From: an uncultured Chloroflexia bacterium
GTDB lineage: Bacteria > Chloroflexota > Anaerolineae > Anaerolineales > UBA4823
Reading direction: 5' to 3'
NCBI GenBank assembly: GCA_963736805.1
Contig: CAVTQM010000058.1
Location: forward strand, 150,589-214,588
DNA length: 64,000 nt
Part shown: positions 31,595-41,668 of the stretch, in pieces
Layout of the letters: each line of letters opens with the position of its first letter
Position numbering within the stretch: the stretch's first letter is position 1
Program-made: the position numbers and the translations under genes
The notes under the pieces: generated by a model
The model's input: the letters and a program-made list of their open reading frames with translations, nothing else
Databases searched by the model: none
Told to the model about the DNA's origin: nothing

Positions 31595-32029
31595 TTAACT
31601 TAGTTTTTTAAAATATTGGATAATATCGTTGTAATGTAATGCAAGACTTCCAAGTACACCATTCACAAATCGTGGTGTACTTTCTGATCCATAAATTTTT
31701 CCTAATTCAACAGCCTCATTTATCGCAACTTTCAGTGGTGTCTCGTTACTAACTGCTATCTCCCATAAAGCTATCCGCATGATATTTCGGTCGATGATTG
31801 CCACCTGGTCGAGGGGCCATTCCGGGGCGTGCTTTGCAATGATCTGATCAATCTCTTTAATTAATGGTTGAATCCCAAACACAATCTTGCGAGCAAAATC
31901 ACTCAGGTTATCTTCGAGCGGGGATTCAGATAATCTTTCAGCGATTACAAGTTCAGCAGGATGACCAGTTATATCAATTTCGTAAAGTGCCTGCAGGGCA
32001 ATGCTACGCGCCCTGGTTCTTGGTTTCAT
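31595..32029 (-). CDS. nusB: Transcription antitermination factor NusB
   Basis: 144 aa with the start RTRARSIALQALYEID and the typical NusB helical length. Confidence 0.85.
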   Translation of the reverse strand: MKPRTRARSIALQALYEIDITGHPAELVIAERLSESPLEDNLSDFARKIVFGIQPLIKEIDQIIAKHAPEWPLDQVAIIDRNIMRIALWEIAVSNETPLKVAINEAVELGKIYGSESTPRFVNGVLGSLALHYNDIIQYFKKLS

Positions 32030-32035
32030 ATTCGA

Positions 32036-32395
32036 TTATGCTACAGCCTCCGATGGATAATCAATATCTTCGATGTGTATATTTACCCGTCCAACGGACA
32101 TACCTACCATTTCTGAAATAGCTCGAGAAACATCATGTTGAATGGTGTGACTGATATCACGCACATTTACATTACTATCTAACACAACGTAAATATCAAT
32201 ATAGACCACATCATCCACGACCTCAATAACAACGCCCTCACGTTTTTGAGTGCGTTTTAACAGTTGGTTTACAGCAGTCTGAACATGGCTGAGGTGACTT
32301 ACTCCCTCGACATTAAGAGTGGTGAGCTGAGCAATGGTTAGTAAAACTTCCGGTGCAATCGTGGTTTTCCCTTGAGAGGATTCAATCTCGCTCAT
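32036..32395 (-). CDS. Asp23/Gls24-family envelope stress protein
   Basis: 119 aa with the GKTTIAPEVLLTIA.. start. The asp23-nusB adjacency is conserved in many monoderms. Confidence 0.75.
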   Translation of the reverse strand: MSEIESSQGKTTIAPEVLLTIAQLTTLNVEGVSHLSHVQTAVNQLLKRTQKREGVVIEVVDDVVYIDIYVVLDSNVNVRDISHTIQHDVSRAISEMVGMSVGRVNIHIEDIDYPSEAVA

Positions 32396-32424
32396 GTATA
32401 TTTTTCCTATGGAATTTCATTATT

Positions 32425-33189
32425 TTACATCATGGCCATACCACCATCGACAGCAAGTACCTGCCCGGTGATATATGATGCCTCCTCAGATGCCAGAAAA
32501 ACAACTGCAGATGCGATTTCTTCAGGTTTTCCCATCCGGCCGATAGGAGTTGCACTAAGGATTGAGGTTTTTAGATCTTCAGGAAGATCGTTTGTTAAGT
32601 AAGTTGGAATAAAGCCTGGGGCAACTGCATTTACAGTGATTTGTCGAGAAGCTACTTCTCGTGCAAGTGCTTTGGTGAAACCAATAACCCCCGCTTTTGA
32701 AGCTGAATAATTTGTTTGCCCTGCTTGTCCTGCTTGTCCGGAAACGGATGAAATATTTACAATTCGACCATAACGCTGTTTCATCATTGGTCGAATAGCG
32801 GCTTTTGAACAATTAAAAACGCCTTTAAGATTTACATCAATGACAGCATCCCAGTCTGCTTCCTCCATACGTAGGATGAGTGTATCGCGGGTAATTCCAG
32901 CATTATTGACTAAGATATCTATTTTTCCTAATTGTTTGATCGTTTGGTCGATAAGCTCATTTGTGGATTTCCCATCAGAAACATTTACATTCAATGCTAT
33001 CAGCTTTCGTTGGGTCAGCTTTGAAATCTCATCTGCAGCTTCTTCAGCCAGATCTATCAGCATATCAGCAATGACCACATCTGCACCTAAAAGAGCAAGT
33101 TTTTCTACGATCGATCGACCAATCCCACGGGCACCACCCGTGACAACCGCTACTCGTCCTTGCATCGAGCAAAAATTAATCATTGACAT
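32425..33189 (-). CDS. fabG: 3-oxoacyl-ACP reductase (SDR)
   Basis: Carries VAVVTGGARGIG, NNAG and the YSASK catalytic motif. The start was chosen at MSMINF (33189), behind an AGGAG RBS. Confidence 0.8.
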   Translation of the reverse strand: MSMINFCSMQGRVAVVTGGARGIGRSIVEKLALLGADVVIADMLIDLAEEAADEISKLTQRKLIALNVNVSDGKSTNELIDQTIKQLGKIDILVNNAGITRDTLILRMEEADWDAVIDVNLKGVFNCSKAAIRPMMKQRYGRIVNISSVSGQAGQAGQTNYSASKAGVIGFTKALAREVASRQITVNAVAPGFIPTYLTNDLPEDLKTSILSATPIGRMGKPEEIASAVVFLASEEASYITGQVLAVDGGMAMM

Positions 33190-33264
33190 GCCATACTCCT
33201 GAAAATTACATTTCAATATTGAAGATTATTATACCTTATTCAATATTTTGAGGTTCTTTGATGA

Positions 33265-34230
33265 TTAATCCAATTTCTGAAGGTTATCGAAATCCTCAGG
33301 AGTTCCAAGTGTGGTTATTGTTACATCTCGATTAATTCGCCTAATCAATCCGGATAAAATAGAACCATTTCCAATTTCATAGAACCTTGAAATTCCTTGT
33401 GAGACCAAGTTCTGCACTGTTTCAGTCCAGCGAACGCGATGGGTTAGTTGATTTTGAAGATCAATTCGAATGTCGATTGCAGATAAAAGCGCTTGAGCAG
33501 TTACATTTCCAATGATCGGGATCTTCGGTGAGGTAATAGCAGTTGCTTCAATTGCTTTGTTGAATTCATCTTGAGCGGACGACATAAATGGGGAATGCGC
33601 GGCGATACTCACTGCTAATCGAATAACACGTTTTGCACCAGCCAATTCTAGTAATGGAAAGACGCGTTTTAGAGCAATATCAGATCCAGAGATTACCACC
33701 TGACCAGGACAATTATCATTAGCAACTTGAACAATTTCTGATCCAACACTGGCTTGATTACACAGTTGCTCAATTTGAGGAATATCCAAACCCAATACAG
33801 CTGCCATTCCGCCAGGGTTTCTTACTCCCGCATTTTTCATGAGTACACCACGAACTCTGACTAATCTCAATCCATCAGCAAATGAAAGTGCTCCAGAGGC
33901 AACCAGAGCGCTAAGCTCACCCATCGAATGCCCAGCTACAAAGTTTGGTTGAAGATTGGGATAAATATTATTAAGGACATTTAAAACGGCAATCGAATGG
34001 ACGAATAATGCCGGTTGGGTATTTATTGTATCATTCAGGAGATCTTCAGGACCTTCCCAGGCAACTTGAGAGAGTGGAAACCTCAAAATCTCGTCAGCCT
34101 GGATGAAATTATCATTTGCAATAGAGAATGATTGGGCCAATGATTTACCCATTCCAACAGTTTGGGATCCCTGGCCTGGAAAAACAAAAACAATTTTATG
34201 ATTGTTCATAGCCTTTGAAATAAAATTCAC
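33265..34230 (-). CDS. fabD: Malonyl-CoA:ACP transacylase
   Basis: Carries the FPGQGSQ and GHSMGE active-site motifs. The start may be the internal MNNHKIVFVFPGQGSQ. Confidence 0.85.
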   Translation of the reverse strand: MNFISKAMNNHKIVFVFPGQGSQTVGMGKSLAQSFSIANDNFIQADEILRFPLSQVAWEGPEDLLNDTINTQPALFVHSIAVLNVLNNIYPNLQPNFVAGHSMGELSALVASGALSFADGLRLVRVRGVLMKNAGVRNPGGMAAVLGLDIPQIEQLCNQASVGSEIVQVANDNCPGQVVISGSDIALKRVFPLLELAGAKRVIRLAVSIAAHSPFMSSAQDEFNKAIEATAITSPKIPIIGNVTAQALLSAIDIRIDLQNQLTHRVRWTETVQNLVSQGISRFYEIGNGSILSGLIRRINRDVTITTLGTPEDFDNLQKLD

Positions 34231-34260
34231 GAGCCGTGAATTTCACGGCCCGTTTGAGAG

Positions 34261-34452
34261 TTACTTCTTTTCTTCTTTGATTTCTATTACTTCCCGGCCT
34301 TTAAAATGACCGCAATTTGGACATACTCGATGAGGCAAACGCATTTCCCCACAGTTGCTGCATACAACCAGGTTTGGATTTGACAATGCATCATGGGCAC
34401 GCCGTCTATCGCGTCGACCGGAAGAATGTTTTCTTTTTGGTTGGGGTGTCAT
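34261..34452 (-). CDS. rpmF: 50S ribosomal protein L32
   Basis: 63 aa with the KRKHSSGRRDRRRAH start and a CxxC...CxxC zinc ribbon (CSNCGE...CPNCGH). Confidence 0.9.
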   Translation of the reverse strand: MTPQPKRKHSSGRRDRRRAHDALSNPNLVVCSNCGEMRLPHRVCPNCGHFKGREVIEIKEEKK

Positions 34453-34551
34453 GATTTTACTCCTGTTTCATTCATCTGGCAAAACCTTACCTGGTGTTGC
34501 CTAATATATCTAGTCACAATAACACCTGCCCTTATGGGCAGGTAGGTTGAG

Positions 34552-34580
34552 ATTATACGTGTGTGCATCAAGCCTGTCAA
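34552..34580 (-). promoter_or_regulatory. Consensus sigma70 promoter reading toward rpmF
   Basis: On the minus strand: TTGACA (34580-34575), a 17-nt spacer, then TATAAT (34557-34552), about 100 nt upstream of the rpmF ATG. Confidence 0.55.
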
Positions 34581-34666
34581 GGTTTAATTTTGACAGGTTT
34601 AATTTTGACTGGTTTAATTTTGACAGGTTTAATTTTGAACTTTATCTACCAGGTTTAATTTTGAAT
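34581..34666. repeat. 15-bp tandem repeat (GGTTTAATTTTGACA/T), four contiguous copies plus a fifth after an 11-nt gap
   Basis: Copies start at 34581, 34596, 34611, 34626 and 34652 (counted by hand). The fifth copy lies inside the 3' end of ORF 34642-35133. Confidence 0.85.
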
Positions 34667-36257
34667 ATCCAAACTCCATCTTTATGATATATGATAGAGT
34701 AATGATCGCTACTCGATAATTTCTCGGGTGATAAAACACCACCCTTTGCACCAATAAAAATGTAATGATATTGTTTGGTTTGTAAATAATCCCACAAAGA
34801 ATCAGGATTTGAACTTAGATCTATAACTTGTTGACTTTGCTCTTTAATGCCTTTGCTACCGGGTCCAAGACCGTATAATACCGGTGGAGGCATAGTAGAT
34901 CTGCCAGAAAGGGGCGAGATCCAATAACCACCATCACTACCCGCATATAATCCATATCCCCAGGCAAATGGATTAATCACGATAGTTTCGTTTTTTGGAA
35001 TATTATTTTTCACCCAATCGATGGCAGGCAGATCAGCTTCTCTAGATAGGATTGTTATTGGATTAATTATCGTGATTAATTGCTTTGCTCCGGATATACG
35101 CCACCCATAAAGTGGCAATAAAAATAATTCCAATGAAAAGAATTCTGAATTTTTGAGGAAATAGCACTTTCCAATAACCGATCAAAACAGCAATAAAATA
35201 CCCGCCGAGCATGGAAATTGGGATAAAGAGCATAATTTCCACGGATGCACTGGTTAATAAACCACCACCTGGAATATGCAATGCATCGAAATTAGCAATC
35301 AGGAAGAGCAAAGTAATCCAAAACATAATCACATAAGCAAAACGCTTCTGTTCAATTAAACTCCAAACTAATCCTAATCCTGCTAATACTAATGTTATGT
35401 TTTCCACTTGCGGTTGTCAGGAAAGCCCATGAGAAATCTTGGAAGAATGGTATTGGTTGAGTACCTGCAGTTTTGATTATTGGCAAGACAGAATTCTGAA
35501 TAACTTGGGACATCCACGGGAAGACTAAGAATATTGAAGCAATAAACGGGATAGAAATCAATTTAATGTTCGTGGGTATAGATGATAATGGCATTCTTTA
35601 TATTATAATAAAATAATAATACTTAGGTAGGTAAAAATAAGGACTCCGAAAAAGACAGTCACCCGATAATGGACCATAAAAAGCCCACTTATCGTCAGTG
35701 CACTTAGGAAAATGAGCCAATATTTTTGTTTTCTTGCGTTTTCGTCCATCAATGACAGGATTAAGGCAAAAGCAGCAGGAAAAATAATTAAACCAGCTAA
35801 TTCTGTATATCTTCCCCAACTTGTATAATAGGCCGGCATAGGTGTAAGAAATCCGGTAATTAATGCTGCGAATATTCCTGATATTGAGTTTCTAGTAAAG
35901 GTTTTCGTAAATAAATAAACTGAAAAAACTGCCAAAGCATTTAGAACCTGACCTAAAATAAGTAGTGCCTGATCAATGCTAAGATTTGACAACCAAATGA
36001 AGGTTGCAGTAATGCTATGGAATCCAGGATGATATGAAGATGGATTTATGTCCCAATAAGGAGCGTAGCTCAAAGGATAGGATCCGGAGAATAAAATCAA
36101 ACCGAGTTATTAAGGCATGATGGACTGAATCTACCCATGCTGGTGTCGCTAAATCACGAACCATGATCATACGAATTGTGAGGGTAATTGAGAATACTAC
36201 GATTAATGTAAATGGAATCGTCAGTTGAATTAATCGATCAGATTGCCGTCTAAATAT
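34642..36257 (-). CDS. Large polytopic membrane protein (possibly GT-C-like glycosyltransferase), split into at least 4 frame-shifted pieces
   Basis: Collinear minus-strand ORF pieces (about 36257-36100, 35603-36100, 35352-35594, 35063-35407, 34642-35133) are all hydrophobic multi-TM except the soluble C-terminal piece. A GGAGG RBS lies near 36266-36270 and the start codon is unclear. The family assignment is tentative. Confidence 0.35.
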
Positions 36258-36287
36258 TCCTCCTCTGAAAGGTTCGTTACTTGATTT

Positions 36288-37179
36288 TTAGATTTGTGTA
36301 ATTTTATGAATTGATATATTATTCGCAAGAATAATATAATAATCAATAAACATAGCAATTAAAAAGACGTGTGTCTTTGTCCACGATAGATGTAATAAAG
36401 TCGTCCACAACATTAATACTGGAATCAATCCGAGACTGATTCCAATAGATAATGCAGTTTGTTCTCCAAAATCAAATCGTTTCCGTATGTTTGAGAAATC
36501 TAAAAGCAACCAGCCAGGCAGCCATAAGATAATTAGAAAAGGAATAGCTAGCCAGACATCTGATATCCCACGTTTTATATCTTCGATCAATGTCTCGAAT
36601 TTATACTCGTAACTCAAGCGAAATGCAATATCAGCATGGATGGGCTGGCTATTGAAATAAGCCTGACCATGAGGATATGCATCCTCATTACGACCATGAA
36701 TAAATACGGTGCTTGAATCACTGGAGAGCTGGATTAGATATTGTTCATTAGCAGGATTATTTTGAGTTGGGATATGAATGGTAACTGGGGCGATATTCCC
36801 TGAAGTCGGTATCACTATATTTGTTATATAAACAGGTAAAGAAATCATTCTTGGAGTCAAACAACTTGACATTAACAACATTCTTATCACCAGTGACAGG
36901 TTGTAAGTCCTGAGCACTTGATGTTGTTATCCATATTGTGATTCCATCAAGATTAGCTCTTCGGGAAACAAAAGATTGCCCAATGATTAATTGATGATCG
37001 AGCTTGCCAACTTTATCGGAACTGTATTCTTGGGATGCTTCTGGATCATTGAAGCTCACACATCCAGCCAAACTGAATGAAAGGAAAATAAAAAAGAGTA
37101 TTAATACGAACGATTTTACTCGCAGGTGAAAAAAATATTGTAGTTTTCCATTTGAATTATTTTGAAGAATTGTTCGCAT
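36288..37179 (-). CDS. Hypothetical lipobox-bearing membrane-associated protein, one frame break
   Basis: The N-terminal signal has the lipobox FSLAGC (ORF 36757-37179). It continues in another frame as ORF 36288-36917, which has C-terminal TM helices. The start overlaps the prfB stop. Confidence 0.35.
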
Positions 37180-38261
37180 TCGTTAGATTTGAACGTAAGT
37201 ATGCTTCAATAAATCCATCGATATCTCCATTCAAAACCCCCTGGGCATTACCGACTTCATGATCGGTGCGATGATCTTTAACCATTTGGTACGGGTGAAG
37301 CACATATGATCGTATTTGACTTCCCCATTCTGCCTTGGTATATTCACCTCGCAGTTCCGCCAGAGTTGCCACCTGTTGTTCCTCTTTTATTTCCAACAAC
37401 CTTGATCGCAATACGCGTAATGCATTTTCACGGTTCTGAGTTTGAGATCGTTCATTTTGGCAAGTAACGACAAGCCCGGTGGGGAGATGCGTGATTCTTA
37501 CAGCAGTCGCATTTTTTTGGACATTTTGTCCACCAGCTCCTGACGAATGGTAAACATCGATACGAATTTCGTCTGGATTTACCTCAATCTCTGAATCATC
37601 TTCGACTTCGGGAAGGATTTCAACCAGAGCAAAGGAAGTATGGCGCCGATGCGCTGCATCGAATGGTGATAGCCGAACTAAGCGATGAACCCCTTTTTCT
37701 GGCCGTAAATATCCATACGCGTAATCACCTTCAACGGCTATTGTTACGCTTTTAATCCCAGCTTCTTCCCCTTCACTCATATCGATGATATCCGTCTTGA
37801 AACCCTTATTCTCTGCCCAGCGCAGATACATTCTCTCGAGCATTTCAGTCCAATCTTGTGCATCAACTCCACCAGCTCCAGAATGGATAGCTAATAGGGC
37901 ATTATTTTGATCGTATTTTCCTGATAATAATAGATCAAATTCCCTTCTTTCTATGTCCATTTCTATCTCATCTAGCTCAGAAGAAATATCATTCCGCAAT
38001 GAGTCATCAAGGAGTTGGGATAATTCCAAAAGATATGAAACGTGTTGTTCCAATGAGTGCCAATCATCCACAACATTGCGCAAAGAGGCTACCTTTTTCA
38101 TTACCCTTTGAGCGGATTCAGAATTGAGCCAGAACTCATTTTGTTCAGATTGGTTCTGAAGTTGGGCTAATTCTTTTTCTTTCGCTGGTAAGTCAAAGAC
38201 GCACCAATAGGCTTTGAATTCTAGATTGAGCTGAATTTAGTCTATCAATAAGGTCCTGCAT
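37157..38261 (-). CDS. prfB: Peptide chain release factor 2, with programmed +1 frameshift
   Basis: Frame 0, ATG at 38261, encodes MQDLIDRLNSAQSRIQSLLVRL then TGA. The +1 frame continues DLPAKEKELAQLQ... into the 314-aa ORF, which carries SPF and GGQ motifs (SGAGGQNVQK). Confidence 0.9.
38192..38198 (-). other. RF2 autoregulatory recoding site CTT TGA C
   Basis: The plus-strand GTCAAAG at 38192-38198 is the reverse complement of CTTTGAC. The TGA is in frame with the ATG at 38261 (22 codons). Confidence 0.85.
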
Positions 38262-38273
38262 CAATACTTGCTC

Positions 38274-39198
38274 CTATTCTATTTTAGCTATTCCTGTAGA
38301 ATTCCGTCGAATGAACATATCTGCATCGAATGGCTCTAAATCATCAGGCTGTTCTCCTAAACCTGCGAATAGAATGGGTAGAGTCAATTCTTTTTGAATT
38401 GCGAGAGCCATACCCCCTCGAGCAGATGAATCCAATTTTGCAAGGATCACACCAGAAATATTCACAGCTTCCTTAAAAGCCTGAGCTTGTTGAAGCGCAT
38501 TTTGACCTGTGGTCGCATCCATCACTAACCATACTGCATGAGGTGCTCCTGGTAAAGCTTTCCCAACAACCCGGTAGACTTTTTTTAGCTCTTCCATTAG
38601 ATTGAAACGAGTATGTAACCGACCCGCAGTATCAATAATTGCAATATCACATTTTCGTGCAATTGCAGCTTGAACAGTATCATATGCTACAGCACCTGCA
38701 TCACCACCAAGCTGTCCACTAATAATTGGAATATTTAACCTCTCTGCCCAAACTTCAAGCTGGTCTACTCCAGCAGCACGGAATGTATCAGCTGCACCTA
38801 GAAGTACTTGCATACCTTGATTAGAAAATCTTTTTCCAAGTTTAGCAATGGTAGTTGTTTTTCCCGATCCATTAACCCCAACAATTAAAATGATGGTGGG
38901 TTTATGATTAAATTGAATGGTTGGTGAAGAATCGAGGTGTGAGCGTAATTCTTCAACCAGTATCGCATTCAGATCACTCGTCTTTGTTATCCCTTCACGA
39001 TCTACTCGTATTTCCAACTTTTCCATGATATTCATGGTCGTATCGACACCAATGTCGGCACGAATAAGGAGAGCTTCTAAGTTCGTCCCAGGTATCCTCA
39101 GTGATCTCAGTTGCCCCAAATAATGTAGCTAATTGTCCAAATGTAGCTTTGCTGGTACGGGCAAGACCAGTTTTCCATTTTGAAAGTATATTTGCCAT
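38274..39198 (-). CDS. ftsY: Signal recognition particle receptor FtsY, one frame break (about 38995-39119)
   Basis: The N-terminal piece is MANILSKWKTGLARTSKATFGQL..ITEDTWDEL. It is followed in another frame by the NG domain (GVNGSGKTTTIAKL, DTAGRL). Confidence 0.85.
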
Positions 39199-39268
39199 CG
39201 GTCGGTTATTATAACATGAGGGTTATCGGGGTTTATAATAGCCTATCTCACTTATAACGGAGGCGTGC

Positions 39269-40313
39269 ATGCCTGAATACTTTTCAATTCGCTGGGAAGA
39301 TGGTGTTGTTATAATGCTTGACCAGCGATTGTTACCGGAAGAGGTCATATATCGAAAATATACAGATTGTTGGGAGGTTGGATCAGCAATTAGCCAAATG
39401 GTGATACGTGGTGCACCGGCGATTGGGATCGCTGCCGGTTTTGGATTAGCATTATCAGCATTTTATAGTAAAACCAATCAAGCTGATGTGTTAATCCAAG
39501 AGCTTTCTGATTCAGCAGAATATTTGAGAAGATCACGCCCGACTGCGATAAATTTGTTTAGCGCAATTGATAGGATCATGAGGCAAGTAATAAATACAAA
39601 TAGTAAAGATATTGATCTGATAAAACATGTGGTTTTGTCAGAAGTCAATTAAAATTGCTGATGAAGATGTGGCGATGAATAAGAAAATCGCACAATTTGG
39701 GCAACAATTCATTCCTCATCAAGCAAATGTAATTCATCATTGTAATACTGGAGGATTAGCCACGGGTGGTTATGGGACGGCATTGGGAGTTATTCGTGCT
39801 GCACATGAACTCGGTAAAAATATTCATGTATTTGTGGATGAAACTCGTCCACGCTTGCAAGGGGCACGATTAACATCATGGGAATTACAGCAATTAGATA
39901 TCCCTCACACAGTTATTGTTGATGGTGCGAGCGGATATATAATGAAAAGTACAAGAATTGATGCATGTCTCGTCGGCTGTGATCGAATTGCCTCAAATGG
40001 AGATGTAGCCAATAAAATTGGTACTTATAATCTTGCCATAGTCGCATATGCCCATGGAGTGCCTTTTTATTCCGTGGGACCGACAACTACGATTGATTTT
40101 TCGATTGCAAGTGGAAAAGAAATCCCAATTGAGGAAAGACCGGAGAACGAGATTACACATATTGGTGAAACTCAGATCACACCAAACGGGGTTAAAGTTT
40201 TTAATCCCGCATTTGATATCACACCTGCAGAATATATCTCTGCAATTATTACCAACCTGGGGGTAGCAGTTCCACCATATGATCATTCACTAAGAAATTT
40301 AATGATTGGATAA
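39269..40313 (+). CDS. mtnA: S-methyl-5-thioribose-1-phosphate isomerase (eIF-2B alpha/beta/delta family), one frame break (39627-39652)
   Basis: The N-terminus is ..[22 protein letters not shown]. The C-terminal piece has CNTG.LAT, ETRP.LQGARLT and [17 protein letters not shown]. Confidence 0.8.
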
Positions 40314-40325
40314 GGTACCATACAA

Positions 40326-40808
40326 ATGAAGAAAAAATTATCACACCTGGATGAAAAAGGAAAAGCTAGAATGGTTGATGTAAGTGCTAAGGAAGAGACT
40401 GAACGAACAGCAATCGCGTATGGTGAGGTAGTGATGAAACCAGAAACCCTCAAAATAATAGGCGATGGAATATCGAAAAAGGGTGATATTTTTGCAGTTG
40501 CACAAATTGCTGGAATCATGGCTGCTAAGAGAACATCAGAATTGATTCCTTTATGCCATTCGATACCGTTATCAGAAATAAGTGTTGATTTGACATTGGA
40601 TTTGAACCCTGCCAGGTGTTCGGATCACAATCGAAGAATAAAAACGATTGCAAAAACAGGCGTGGAAATGGAAGCGCTTACTGCGACTTCTGTGGCAGCA
40701 TTAACTGTGTATGATATGGTAAAAGCGGTTGAGAAAACAATGAGTATTCAAAATATTCATTTAGTAAGAAAAACGGGTGGCTTAAGTGGAGATGTTATTA
40801 ATGAATAG
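40326..40808 (+). CDS. moaC: Cyclic pyranopterin monophosphate synthase accessory protein MoaC
   Basis: 160 aa with [17 protein letters not shown] and ..IPLCHSIPL.. blocks. Confidence 0.85.
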   Translation: MKKKLSHLDEKGKARMVDVSAKEETERTAIAYGEVVMKPETLKIIGDGISKKGDIFAVAQIAGIMAAKRTSELIPLCHSIPLSEISVDLTLDLNPARCSDHNRRIKTIAKTGVEMEALTATSVAALTVYDMVKAVEKTMSIQNIHLVRKTGGLSGDVINE

Positions 40809-41518
40809 CCATGCAAAAGTTTTATTCTTTGCAACCATAAGGGAGAAAACTGGCGTTCGTGAAACCATAATCGATTTTGAAAATGGTGCGACAATTTTAG
40901 ATATAAAAGTGATATTAATAGAAAAGTATCCATCTCTAAAACTGAGCATGGATTCTGTGATTGTGGCAATGAATCATGAATATGCGTTTGATGAATACCT
41001 GGTAGTGAATGGTGCCGAAATTGCAATATTCCCACCCGTTAGTGGTGGTAGCAAAATTGAGGAATATCCAACTTTCATTAATATCAGTGTTGATGAAATT
41101 GATATAAATATATTACTCGAAAAAATTACATTAACTACATCAGGTGCAGCCTGTATTTTTACAGGAATCGTACGCGGAGAGACAACCAGAAAAAAACCTT
41201 ATAAAACGGATTTGCTTGAATATGAAGCCTATAAAGATATGGCTGAAATGAAAATGCTCCAGATAGCGAATGAGATGCGGACACAATGGCGTGATATAGA
41301 AGGTATAGCATTGGTTCAGCGTATAGGAAAACTCTTCCCCGGAATGATAACAGTTGTCATAGCCTGCACTTCATCTCACCGTGATTCTGGAATATTTGAT
41401 GCAGCGAAGTTTGGAATTGATCGATTAAAAGAAATTGTTCCAATCTGGAAAAAAGAAGTCAATACGGACAGGAGATGTATGGATTGAAGGGGATTATTAC
41501 CCACATCGGGGGGAATAA
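40801..41518 (+). CDS. Fused molybdopterin synthase small (MoaD) and large (MoaE) subunits, one frame break near 41462
   Basis: The MoaD-like part ends at ..AIFPPVSGG and runs straight on into a MoaE-like part (..[17 protein letters not shown]...). The canonical MoaE end (..[15 protein letters not shown]) is in another frame, terminating at 41516-41518. Confidence 0.75.
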
Positions 41519-41668
41519 CTATTAGAGAAAGTTTAGAAATTTCTTCAGGTTTGTTATAGCGTATAATATACAAATCACATAAAATTAATTAGATAAGAAC
41601 TAATGGATCGCCAGATACCCAGCGTTTGCAGAGTGTCTGACGCTCCCTGAGTTCATAGGAGATCGCAC

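Noticed and set aside
34581-34666. CRISPR array
   Set aside because: The 15-bp units are directly tandem with no spacers, there are only five copies, and no cas genes occur in the window.
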